From Polyangiaceae bacterium (lineage in GTDB: Bacteria; Myxococcota_A; Polyangia; Polyangiales; Polyangiaceae): a stretch of DNA of 64,000 bases. The notes under the pieces were generated by a model that was not told the origin of the DNA, did no database searches, and saw nothing but the letters and a program-made list of their open reading frames with translations. Each line of letters starts with the position of its first letter. Position 1 is the first letter of the stretch. The stretch lies in NCBI GenBank assembly GCA_033763455.1, contig JANRKO010000033.1, positions 160,001 through 224,000 on the forward strand, in the 5' to 3' direction. The translations under genes and the position numbers were made by a program. Shown in pieces: positions 1 to 8,948 of this stretch.

Positions 1-383
1 ACTTTGCACAGGTGAGGTCCTTTCCCCAGATTTGCGGAAGGCCTTGTTGTAGCAATCCCCCGCGCTCCGGGTAGCCAAGAATCAAACTTGGCGCCGCGAA
101 GTTGCACGCGAATTCGGTCACCAGCAAATCATTCCAATCTCAAAACACAGCTCACCGGATTTCGGACATGAGCTTATTGTTGAGCTCGACTCCACAACGC
201 ACAGATTCGAGCTGGGTGTGAATGATGAAGCGTGGCTATTCGAATGAGGATCGAGTGGTTTCCAACAGGAAACAGAAAGTTATGAGTCGCCAACCACTAA
301 CAATGGAGGCAAGGTGGCGGTGCCCGGCGTTGAGCCCGGACATCTCACAACCAAACCAAGCTAACGGATTACCGAGGTGCACC

Positions 384-1127
384 ATGGGTCGAAATGATTG
401 GCAGAAAGCCGCAAACGAGGAAAATTTCGTAGCCGTAAGTGGTGCTCCAAAAAAAGGCGGTGTTCTTCCCGTGCTCGGAAGCCTCTTGGCGCTCGGTGCA
501 CTCGGAGCACTCGTAAGCTACTACCTACCGCTCTATCGGGCTCACGAAACGCTGAACGGCGAATATGTGAAGCTTGCGATCCACAGCCGCGAACAGCAAG
601 AAAAGCTGAGCCAAGCCGGCACGGCATTAAGCCGTGTGGCGGCCGAACGCGACGCCTTGAAAGCCGAACGCGGAGGCAATCAGCAGGATGCGGAAACACG
701 CAAAGCCGCACTCCAAGCCCTTCAGAAAAGCTTAGAGGCAGCACTTGCTACGTCGACGGCCAAAAAGCTTATCGCGCTGAACGCTACGGAAACCGGAATC
801 GAAATTCAGTTCCAAAGCCCCAGCCTCTTCAAGAACGACGCCAGTGCGCCCACGCCCGCGGGCAAGGCGCTCCTCTGCAGCATCGCAAAGGCCGCGGGCA
901 AGGCCGTGCGTTTTGAAGTGGCAGGCTCCGCCGCCGCAAGCGAGGTTAAGAAGCCCGCCCTCAAGGCCTTCCCTTCTGCTTGGCACTTGGGTGTAGCGCG
1001 CGGCGCCAGCGCGGCTCAGGCGCTCGCTGAAACCTGCAAGCTTGCCGAAACTCAGTTGGTGGCTTCCGGCAAACCGGCAGGAGATGCCGCAAGTTCTGCT
1101 ATCCTCGCTCTCCGTCTCAGTCTGTAG
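384..1127 (+). CDS. OmpA/MotB-like membrane-anchored coiled-coil protein
   Basis: ATG at 384 with GAGGTG RBS. One TM helix (VLPVLGSLLALGALGALV), a coiled coil, then an OmpA/MotB-like C-domain (LF...TPAGKALL, FEVAGS, AWHLGVARG) with a degenerate peptidoglycan-binding motif. Confidence 0.6.
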   Translation: MGRNDWQKAANEENFVAVSGAPKKGGVLPVLGSLLALGALGALVSYYLPLYRAHETLNGEYVKLAIHSREQQEKLSQAGTALSRVAAERDALKAERGGNQQDAETRKAALQALQKSLEAALATSTAKKLIALNATETGIEIQFQSPSLFKNDASAPTPAGKALLCSIAKAAGKAVRFEVAGSAAASEVKKPALKAFPSAWHLGVARGASAAQALAETCKLAETQLVASGKPAGDAASSAILALRLSL

Positions 1128-1782
1128 TGGCAACCGGCTGAACAGCGCCGCGCCCGCGGGTGGCCGCTTGGGCACTTGTTCCCCACAGAGCCACCCTGCG
1201 CGTATCGTCCTTTAGGCGGGCCTTCTTTACACCCGAAATGCGGGGCTTCTCGGCGAGCTCACGCAGTTCCTTTTCCTCAGGCCAGTGAAACCCAGCCCCG
1301 CGCACACGCACCGTAAGAGGCGCCACAAGCGCCAAAGGCCGCTCGGTGAGCTCACTTTCTCGCAGTACGAGGCAGCTCTCCGAAACGCCAAAATGCTCGG
1401 CCAAGGGAGCACTCTTTTCGCCCACTACACTCTGCGCTCGAAAAAAACTTGTGCGGGGGATCAAAAGGCTCGCTGCGATACCTAAAGCGGCCTCGCTGGC
1501 TTCCTCAGGCTTGAGCGACGCTCGAGTAAGCCACCACTTCGCCAGCTCATAGGCTAGGGCCCAACGGCGCCGCACCGGAGGCAAGCTCGCACGCACGTAG
1601 ATGCGCGGAGCGCCGTTTACAGTGATGAGCCCACACTCGCGGTTGAGTGCTGGGGAGGTTACCAACACTGGCTTATGGCCGAGCAACTTGCACACGAGTG
1701 CCTCAGGCTGGACACGCTGGGCCCACTGTTGGCAGTGCTTCAGGAGAGCTTCGGAGATGCGTTCTTGTTCATTGAGCTTCAT
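1117..1782 (-). CDS. ImmA/IrrE-family (Peptidase M78-like) protein with degenerate zinc motif
   Basis: RIYVRASLPPVRRRWALAYELAKWWL aligns with the RxRFTLAHELGH consensus, followed by AASLLIP and LAEHFGVS (HTH-like). Start taken at MKLNEQ (1782). Confidence 0.7.
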   Translation of the reverse strand: MKLNEQERISEALLKHCQQWAQRVQPEALVCKLLGHKPVLVTSPALNRECGLITVNGAPRIYVRASLPPVRRRWALAYELAKWWLTRASLKPEEASEAALGIAASLLIPRTSFFRAQSVVGEKSAPLAEHFGVSESCLVLRESELTERPLALVAPLTVRVRGAGFHWPEEKELRELAEKPRISGVKKARLKDDTRRVALWGTSAQAATRGRGAVQPVATTD

Positions 1783-2063
1783 GCGCCGAAGAATTGCGCG
1801 ATCGCGCTGCCCCCGTCCATGTGATGTAGGACAAACAATGTCCCGCCGGCAGCTAAGGCCAGCCGCAACTAAGCGCTGCGTACGGAGGCTCTGTGCCGGT
1901 GTCGATCTAACGCGTGCGCTAAGCGCCAAGGGATTCGTGCCGGTGCTGTGGTTGGCTGTAAAGTGCGGCAAATAAACAAAACGCTCTGGCCGCAGCGCCA
2001 GGAGGTGCCCCGAAAAGCGGGAAATGGACACGGCTTGCCGGAAGGAATGATACAAGCCCTCGC

Positions 2064-3191
2064 GTGGAGAATAACGATGCCGAGCCAGGATTTGAGAGTC
2101 TTTCCGAGCTGGAGCTCACGCCCGAGATATTAAAAGGCTTTGAACAAGATCGCATCACTTCGCCCACCACCGTGCAACGGCTAGGGATCCCAGCAATTTT
2201 AGCTGGAAAAAACGTGGTATTGGCCTCCGGCACCGGCACCGGCAAGACGTTAGCTTACGCTCTCCCCATTCTCCAAAAGCTCCGCCATTCAACCGAAGGC
2301 CGCGCCCTCTGCATCACGCCCGCCACCGAGCTCGCCGTTCAGATCCAAAGGACGCTGGAGCGCTACAAAGATCCTGCTCTCAAGCTTGGAGCCTTGGTGG
2401 CTAGCGGGAACGTTAGAAAACAGCGCACTGACATTCAGAAAAGCACGCGCTTTATTGTGGGCACTACCGGCCGCGTGTTGGAGATGTACGCGGAAAGAAA
2501 GCTCAAGGGCGTGAACACGATTATCCTCGACGAGCCGGAGCCCGTGTTAGCCAGCAAAGGGGGCGAATTCTTGATGGAGGTGCTTTCGCGGCCTGAGCCG
2601 AAGCTGCAAATCATCCTCGCTGGCGCCACCATGGGCAGGCACGCCGAAGCCGTTATCGCTAAAGTGATGGGCAAAGACGTAGTGCGTCCGGAAATCGCTG
2701 AAAGCCCGCTGCACACCTTGATTCAACACTACTTCGTACCCGTGCGTGATCCTGCGCAGAAGGACCTCGCGATCGCGCGGTTCCTTCAGAACAATCGCTG
2801 CCGGCAGGTGATCTTATTCGTGAACCAACCCCATCTGATCCGGCATATTTTTCGCTTCCTCAAAGACTCCGGGGAATATCCCGTTACGGTGAGCCACGAT
2901 CGCTCGAAGGCCGACTGCAAGCAAGCCCTCATCGATTTTGCACAAGGCAACGTGAATGTGCTCATCACCACGGATCAAGCCGCCACGGGCCTCGACATTC
3001 CGGACATTGAATGGGTGCTGCACTACGAGCTACCAACATCGGCTCCAGGCTACCTGCATCGCGCCGGGCGCACTGGGCGTGCTGGCCGTTCTGGGTCTTC
3101 GGTGGTGTTTACCGTTGAAAGTGAGCGCGCGCTGATGCAGCGTTTCGGCCGTGAGTTGAAGCTGGAATTTCAGGCCTTCCCTCGGCACTAG
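2064..3191 (+). CDS. DEAD-box-like RNA helicase (motif II = DEPE)
   Basis: Q motif PTTVQ, Walker A SGTGTGKT, PATELAVQ, GTTGRV, DEPE, GAT, ATGLDI, motif VI HRAGRTGRAG. Confidence 0.9.
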   Translation: MENNDAEPGFESLSELELTPEILKGFEQDRITSPTTVQRLGIPAILAGKNVVLASGTGTGKTLAYALPILQKLRHSTEGRALCITPATELAVQIQRTLERYKDPALKLGALVASGNVRKQRTDIQKSTRFIVGTTGRVLEMYAERKLKGVNTIILDEPEPVLASKGGEFLMEVLSRPEPKLQIILAGATMGRHAEAVIAKVMGKDVVRPEIAESPLHTLIQHYFVPVRDPAQKDLAIARFLQNNRCRQVILFVNQPHLIRHIFRFLKDSGEYPVTVSHDRSKADCKQALIDFAQGNVNVLITTDQAATGLDIPDIEWVLHYELPTSAPGYLHRAGRTGRAGRSGSSVVFTVESERALMQRFGRELKLEFQAFPRH

Positions 3192-3214
3192 TACACACCA
3201 CCAAAGGGCGAAGG

Positions 3215-3517
3215 CTATTGCTGCCGGAGGTTCTGCATGTCGCGCTTGAGCTCGCGATCCAAGAAGAACGTTCCGCCTGGGATAAGCGAAAGCACGAATG
3301 CGCTGAGCCAGCGTCGCAACGGCCAATCCTGCGCAGTAGCTGCAGACACCAAGGCTCCGACGAATGCGATAAACAACGCCCCGTGCAACGCACCAACTAC
3401 TCGCACCGCGGCCGACTCGGCCCATATGTACTTGAGAGGCATTGCCACCAACAGCAAGACGAGGAAGGAGACGCCTTCGAGCAACGCAACCACCCGTAAG
3501 ACCATCAGGCCCCTCAC
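3215..3517 (-). CDS. DUF3817-family small membrane protein
   Basis: RVVALLEGVSFLVLLLVAMPLKY...GALHG...LSLIPGGTF. GTG start overlaps the GST stop (GTGA). Confidence 0.8.
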   Translation of the reverse strand: MRGLMVLRVVALLEGVSFLVLLLVAMPLKYIWAESAAVRVVGALHGALFIAFVGALVSAATAQDWPLRRWLSAFVLSLIPGGTFFLDRELKRDMQNLRQQ

Positions 3518-4152
3518 GAAGCCCTGGCCCCCGGGCGCGGCTGCCCCACAAAAGACTGAACACTTTTCCGCTCCCACGCACGATCAAAGTAACGCTCTAC
3601 CTCTTGGGGCAAGACATCACCGTTGAGCCGCAGCCGGCCAAGGGCCAGCGCCAGATCCGCATCGGCACAGCTGAACTCAGCAAAGAGCCAGGGCTCGTTT
3701 TGGATCAGCAACCGCTCCGTTAACCCAACCAGCTTCTCCGCATCCCGCAGGGCTTGCTCCGAAAGTGGCACGCTAGCGCGTTCGTAAAACATCGACTCCG
3801 TGGAGCGCTCTTTCCTGAGCTGAAATAGATCTGAACGTAAAAAGCCCATCACCTGCCGTGCCCGTGCGCGTTCACGAACCCCTCGCGGTAAACAAGGCGC
3901 GAAGGCTGGACTCGGAAAGCTTTCCTCCAGGTATTCCACGATGGCGAGAGATTCGCTGAGCCAGAAGCCCTCATGCTCGACCGTGGGCACGCGTGCCGTC
4001 AGCGAAGCGCCCGCAAATTCAGCACGCCTCTGATCTCCGCGCTCCAGATCTAAGACGGTGAACGTGAAGGGGACACCTTTTTCATTCAGAGCCACCCACA
4101 CCGTGAACACCCACGGGCTATCCCATTTGTGCTCAACGTAGAGGGTTACCAT
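3514..4152 (-). CDS. yfcF: Glutathione S-transferase (YfcF-like)
   Basis: SPWVFTVWVALNEKG, SLTARVP, LSESLAIVEYLEE, RARARQVM..LRSDL..L.KERST, FSCADADLA. Confidence 0.85.
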   Translation of the reverse strand: MVTLYVEHKWDSPWVFTVWVALNEKGVPFTFTVLDLERGDQRRAEFAGASLTARVPTVEHEGFWLSESLAIVEYLEESFPSPAFAPCLPRGVRERARARQVMGFLRSDLFQLRKERSTESMFYERASVPLSEQALRDAEKLVGLTERLLIQNEPWLFAEFSCADADLALALGRLRLNGDVLPQEVERYFDRAWERKSVQSFVGQPRPGARAS

Positions 4153-4189
4153 GCGAAGGCTCGTAACGAGGCAGAACGAACGCTAGCGA

Positions 4190-4873
4190 TTATTGGGTGT
4201 CTGCACCACCCGCACCACCCGCTGAGCCGCCCGGCAGACCGTTGATCCAATCTGCCACGCATTTGAGCTCCTCGCTGGTAAACGGAACCAACGGGGCGTC
4301 CTTCTTTTCAGGCTCCGGCATTTGCTGCCCGCACTCGGCGGGCGGAGTGCCCGCGAGCTTGATGTAGAGCAAGCTCGTTTCCGCGTCCCCTGGGACGACA
4401 ACGGTTCGAGTGGGGCAATTCAAGGTTGCCGTCTTCATTCCCATCTTGCCCACCCACCCTTCGAGCGAAGCCACGATATGAAAGCCATTGGGACCGAAGT
4501 GGCAATCATCGCAACGCCTCGCGTTGAATAACGCCGCCAGCGTTGCCGTATCGCAATTGGACAGATCGAGAACGGTACCCGCTCCACCGGTTACACCGGC
4601 GCCGCCCGTGCTCGTGCCACCACTCGCATTGCCTCCGCCCGTACCGCCCGCTGACGTGCCTCCCGACGACGCGCCCCCGCTCTTGGTGCCACCGCTGCCC
4701 CCAGAGCCCACTACAAGCATCCCGCCCGTTCCTGCTCCAGGCTTTCCTCCAGACGCTGCCCCTCCTGATCCAGAAGGTGTAACCACTGGGCTCCTACCGC
4801 CCGATTCATCGGAACAAGCTGCTGAGAGAGCCACCAAACCTACGAGCGCACAGATGGGAATGTTCAGGTTCAT
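4190..4873 (-). CDS. Lipoprotein with Gly-rich linker and c-type cytochrome domain
   Basis: Lipobox LSAAC, GGxxx linker, heme motif CDDCH, VVPGDAETSLLYIKL...QQMP...VADWI (planctomycete cytochrome C-like). Start at MNLNIP (4873). Confidence 0.75.
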   Translation of the reverse strand: MNLNIPICALVGLVALSAACSDESGGRSPVVTPSGSGGAASGGKPGAGTGGMLVVGSGGSGGTKSGGASSGGTSAGGTGGGNASGGTSTGGAGVTGGAGTVLDLSNCDTATLAALFNARRCDDCHFGPNGFHIVASLEGWVGKMGMKTATLNCPTRTVVVPGDAETSLLYIKLAGTPPAECGQQMPEPEKKDAPLVPFTSEELKCVADWINGLPGGSAGGAGGADTQ

Positions 4874-5133
4874 CGCGACGCGAAGCATGCCTGATCGTCC
4901 TCCGCCTTGCCACCAGATTTGCGACTGCATCGCACCTTGGGCGAAGACGCTGAACACTTCTCGAGTTTCCAGGAAAAACTGTCGCAAGCAGGCGGATTGC
5001 TTGGAATGGGCAGCTCGCACACCACCCGGATCCTTCAAGCTGGTGATTTTTCCGACATATTCCCACCCAAGTTTCGAATTGTCCTCCACTCCGTCAGCGC
5101 TAGATAGCCGGGAGGAACGGGAAGAAGTCGGCC

Positions 5134-6327
5134 ATGAACGTGCATCCACAAGCTACCTCGAAGCTAAACCGCGCCGTCGACTTGGCGCAGCTCCAAGCGC
5201 AAATTCGTACGCTGATAACGCTTGAGGAGACGGAAACGCCTGTAATCAGCTGCTACGTGCGCCGTGTGGTTCGCCCCGATGGTGGCGAAATTCCCGAATT
5301 TGCGCACCGCTTACAAGCGATTCGGAACGTGTTGCGCGGCAAGGAGCTCGAGCAATTCGAAGAAAGGTTCGCTCGGGTCCAGAGCTACCTCAGCTCAGAT
5401 CTGCTGCCAAAAACACAGGGAATTGCCATATTCGCGCGCGGCGGGCGGAGCCCGTTCTTTATGGCGCTGGAGTTTGAGGTGCCTCTTCCGAACCGGCTCT
5501 CGGTGAATTCAACCCCCGACGTTTACCACCTGGTGGAGCTGAAAGACACATATCACCGCTTCGTGGTCCTTATTTCCACAGAGCATAGCGCTCGCATCTT
5601 GGAGGTGAACCTAGGAACCATTTCGCGTCAGCTCTGGGCGGAACGGCCCGAGCTCCGAAGCCGCGTAGGGAAAGAATGGACGCACGATCACTACCAAAAT
5701 CATCGACGGGATCGTGGCGAGGAATTCATGCAAGAGAAGATTGCGCTGGTTGAAAGGTTGATGGCGGCGGAAGGCCACACTCACCTGATTTTGGCGGGTG
5801 TGCCACACCTTGCCCAGCGCGTACGCGAGCGGCTCCCTAAGCACATTCAGGACAAAATAATGGATGTTGTCCCTACGCCAGAGTACGCGGGCGTTGTGGA
5901 TGTGGTTGCGAGCACGTTGTCAGCTTTCATTCAAGGGATTCAGGCTCAGTCGCACAGTGCGGCGTGGAAACTCGAAGATGCACTCCGAACGGGAGGGTTA
6001 GCCGTATGCGGCACCGAAGCCACGTATGAGGCCCTCCGCCAAGGTCAAGTGGACGTGCTGGTGATGGCGCGCGAGTACGACGGCAGCATCGCCTGGCATT
6101 GCCCGAAGTGCGGGTGGGCGCAGACCGTGCATGTGCGTCCCCCCATATGCCCAGATTGCGAACACCAAGAGCTCCGCACGGTGAATCTGAAGGAAGAGAT
6201 GATCCGCACAGCGGAGCGGCAAGGGGTGAAGCTCGAATTGGTACAGCAAAGCGAAACGCTGCTGCGGCTTGGGGGCATTGGATGTCTGCTCCGCTGGGAA
6301 AGGAAACCAAACTGGTCTGATTCGTGA
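5134..6327 (+). CDS. aeRF1/baeRF-family release-factor-like protein with zinc ribbon (Balon-like)
   Basis: PVISCY N-domain, GIAIFA, RNaseH-like middle domain (FVVLISTEHSARILEV, LILAG), eRF1 domain 3 (GGLAVCGTEATYEALRQGQVDVLV...GGIGCLLRW), CPKC...CPDC insert. Confidence 0.8.
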   Translation: MNVHPQATSKLNRAVDLAQLQAQIRTLITLEETETPVISCYVRRVVRPDGGEIPEFAHRLQAIRNVLRGKELEQFEERFARVQSYLSSDLLPKTQGIAIFARGGRSPFFMALEFEVPLPNRLSVNSTPDVYHLVELKDTYHRFVVLISTEHSARILEVNLGTISRQLWAERPELRSRVGKEWTHDHYQNHRRDRGEEFMQEKIALVERLMAAEGHTHLILAGVPHLAQRVRERLPKHIQDKIMDVVPTPEYAGVVDVVASTLSAFIQGIQAQSHSAAWKLEDALRTGGLAVCGTEATYEALRQGQVDVLVMAREYDGSIAWHCPKCGWAQTVHVRPPICPDCEHQELRTVNLKEEMIRTAERQGVKLELVQQSETLLRLGGIGCLLRWERKPNWSDS

Positions 6328-7121
6328 ACATGCCCAAGTCCACTTTGCGCGGCCGCCTGCAATCGCTGGTCGAACACCCACGTTTCGATCAGATCGTGGT
6401 AGCAATCATCGTGGCTAACGCCATCATTTTGGGGCTAGAAACCTCCGCTGACCTCACCGCGCGTTTCGGGGGCTTGCTCCGAATACTAGACCACACGGCG
6501 CTCCTCTTCTTCGTGCTTGAGCTAATGCTTAGAATGTTCGTTTATCGCGGTCGATTCTTGCGAGATCCGTGGCGAGTGTTCGATCTATTGGTGGTCGGCA
6601 TTGCACTTTTCCCTGCAAGCGAAGTGTTTAGCGTCCTCCGAACGCTGAGAGTACTGCGCGTCTTGCGCTTGGTGTCTATAGTGCCATCTATGCGCCGTGT
6701 TGTGAGTGCGTTGCTCACGGCGCTACCAGGCATGGCGTCCATCATGGGGCTCATGTCGCTCTTGCTTTACGTTTCTGCAGTTGCGGCTACCAAGCTTTTT
6801 GGAGCCATCGCGCCTGAGTATTTTGGTGGATTTGGCGCCTCGCTCTTCACTCTTTTTCAGATAATGACGGTCGAAGGCTGGCCCGATATAGCGCGCACCG
6901 TAATGGAGAAGTCACCCTACGCATGGGTGTTCTTCGTGACATATCTTCTCATTGGGACGTTCATGGTGCTCAATCTCTTCATTGCTGTTGTGGTGAATGC
7001 CATGCAGGCAAAAGTGGCCGAAGATCTCAAGGACGAGGGGGACGCACACACCCAGCAAATCCTGAGCGAGTTGCGCAGCGTGCGTCAGGAGCTTGAGGCA
7101 CTGCGGAAGCACCAAAGCTAA
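6324..7121 (+). CDS. Voltage-gated cation channel (BacNav/AnclNav, 6TM ion transport protein)
   Basis: S4 LRTLRVLRVLRL, DPWRVFD, pore FTLFQIMTVEGWPD, S6 LNLFIAVVVNAM, C-terminal coiled coil. GTGA overlap with the upstream gene. Confidence 0.92.
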   Translation: MNMPKSTLRGRLQSLVEHPRFDQIVVAIIVANAIILGLETSADLTARFGGLLRILDHTALLFFVLELMLRMFVYRGRFLRDPWRVFDLLVVGIALFPASEVFSVLRTLRVLRVLRLVSIVPSMRRVVSALLTALPGMASIMGLMSLLLYVSAVAATKLFGAIAPEYFGGFGASLFTLFQIMTVEGWPDIARTVMEKSPYAWVFFVTYLLIGTFMVLNLFIAVVVNAMQAKVAEDLKDEGDAHTQQILSELRSVRQELEALRKHQS

Positions 7122-7189
7122 CCGGGGTGCAAAGTGGCGATTTTCTAGAAACGATGGCGGAGCTGAGCAAGACGTCCTAGATATCCTGC

Positions 7190-7702
7190 GTGGCAAACGA
7201 ACGTTCCAGTGAACTTTTTGCACCCACGGAGCCGCCCGTACCCCGGTGGGTTGAGCAATGGGTTAAGCTTTCGGAAACTGCCTGGGTTCTACCGGGGACG
7301 AACCTTCGCTTCGGGCTTGATTCGGTGCTGGGCTTCTTGCTGCCGGGCCTGGGAGACTGGATTTCATCAATGGCTGCGCTGGGAATGATCGGTGAAGCCG
7401 CGCGGCGGCAGGTCCCCGTGTCTGTGCTTGTTCGTATGCTAGTCAACGTGATGCTCGACACGGCGTTGGGCAGCATTCCTCTGCTCGGCGATGTTTATGA
7501 CTTTTTCTTTCGTTCCAACACAAAGAACCTAGAGCTCTTCCGCCGGCACTCGGGGCCCATTCTGCCAACTGGGGAAGCCACCCGTCGGCTTGTCTTGGCC
7601 CTGGGCCTCATCGTGGCCACAGCGGCCGTCCTTTTCTGGGTGAGCGTCATGGGCCTGGTATCGCTGGCACTTTGGGCATTCTTGCGCGAAAAGCTGAGCT
7701 GA
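7190..7702 (+). CDS. DUF4112-family membrane protein
   Basis: LPGTNLRFGLDSVLG.LLPGLGD, RMLVNV.LD.ALGSIPLLGDVYDFFFRSNTKN. Confidence 0.85.
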   Translation: MANERSSELFAPTEPPVPRWVEQWVKLSETAWVLPGTNLRFGLDSVLGFLLPGLGDWISSMAALGMIGEAARRQVPVSVLVRMLVNVMLDTALGSIPLLGDVYDFFFRSNTKNLELFRRHSGPILPTGEATRRLVLALGLIVATAAVLFWVSVMGLVSLALWAFLREKLS

Positions 7703-7706
7703 TCAT

Positions 7707-7739
7707 CTGTAGGTATTACCTACAGTTTAATTCTTTTTT
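7707..7739 (+). terminator. Palindrome followed by T-rich tract (intrinsic terminator or operator)
   Basis: CTGTAGGTA-T-TACCTACAG at 7707-7725, then TTTAATTCTTTTTT, starting 4 nt after the DUF4112 stop. Confidence 0.6.
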
Positions 7740-7793
7740 GTCCTCTTGTTCTACGTTCTCCAGGCCTCATGCTTAGAGTCAGAAGGGCCAGCC

Positions 7794-8930
7794 ATGCGTA
7801 ACTCTCTGCGAATCGGTTCAATGTTTGGAATTCCTGTATTGGTGCACGTTAGCTTCTCGCTGATCGTGCTCCTCGGGGCCGTCCAAGGCGGCGTCGCTCA
7901 CGGGTCAAGAGGCATCTTGTTCGGTGTGGCGAGCATGCTGATTATCTTTGCTTCCGTAGTGCTCCACGAGCTAGGGCATGCACTCATGGCTCGGCGCTTT
8001 GGCATTCAAACGGTCGACGTAACGCTCTATCCACTCGGCGGTATTGCCAGGATGAGCGGGGAGGCGAAGAGCCCATGGCAGGACGTAGCTATTTCAGTCG
8101 CCGGACCAGCGGTGAACCTGCTGCTCTTCATTGGCATCGCAGCTATTGGTCTTCAGATGGGCTTCATCTCAGCTGATATTCCGAAGTCTCTAGGTGCTAC
8201 GCCTCAGGGCTTGTTGCTGGTGGGCCTTACCGCCAATCTCATGTTGTTCCTGTTCAATTTGCTTCCCTTCTTTCCGCTTGATGGCGGCCGGATCTTGCGT
8301 TCTTTGCTGACGCTCAAAGTTGGGGCATCACGCGCCACACTCTGGGCGGCGCGCACTGGCCAAGCCGGCGCCGTTGCAATTGGACTTTTCGGAATACTCT
8401 CAGGCAACCTGCTAACGGCTCTGGTGGCGGGCTTCCTGTTTATCTCCGCATCTCAAGCGCTCGCTCAATCTCAGTTTGAAAGTGCCACGGCACACGTTAC
8501 TGTCGGTGAGGCCTATGAGCGTGGGAGTATTATCCTAGAGCCCGCCATGCAGTTGCATGCCGCGTTTGAGACACTGAGGCATTCGTCCCAGGTAGCCTTC
8601 CCGGTGGCTCTTGAAGGGCAGCTTCTTGGCGCGATTCACCGAGACGAGCTACTTGCCAAGCAATTGGCAAATGAGAGCCACGGGTACGTGTCGAGCATCA
8701 TGCATCGCAGCCTCCCTGAGTTCGCTTCAAACGCCCCACTCGGCGGCTTTCTGGAGCTCGCCAAAGAGAACCCGCGCGTAATTGCAGCGGTCAGAGAAGA
8801 AGGGGCACTCTTAGGGTTCCTGACGCTAGAGCATGTGCTCAAGAGCCGAATTTCGACGCCCCCAGCACCAGAGCCTGGGGGGAAGACTCCTGCGGGCACG
8901 CGTGGCGTGCTTGGTGAAGATCGCAGCTAA
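7794..8930 (+). CDS. Site-2 protease (peptidase M50) with CBS domains
   Basis: HELGH, AGPAVN, FNLLPFFPLDGGR, and a C-terminal CBS pair (FPVALEGQLLG; AVREEGALLGFLT). Confidence 0.9.
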   Translation: MRNSLRIGSMFGIPVLVHVSFSLIVLLGAVQGGVAHGSRGILFGVASMLIIFASVVLHELGHALMARRFGIQTVDVTLYPLGGIARMSGEAKSPWQDVAISVAGPAVNLLLFIGIAAIGLQMGFISADIPKSLGATPQGLLLVGLTANLMLFLFNLLPFFPLDGGRILRSLLTLKVGASRATLWAARTGQAGAVAIGLFGILSGNLLTALVAGFLFISASQALAQSQFESATAHVTVGEAYERGSIILEPAMQLHAAFETLRHSSQVAFPVALEGQLLGAIHRDELLAKQLANESHGYVSSIMHRSLPEFASNAPLGGFLELAKENPRVIAAVREEGALLGFLTLEHVLKSRISTPPAPEPGGKTPAGTRGVLGEDRS

Positions 8931-8948
8931 AGGACCGGAACAAGAAAA

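Noticed and set aside
1..380. Protein-like frames at the window start
   Set aside because: All frames are interrupted by stops and no family was recognised. It could be a remnant, but this cannot be supported without a search.
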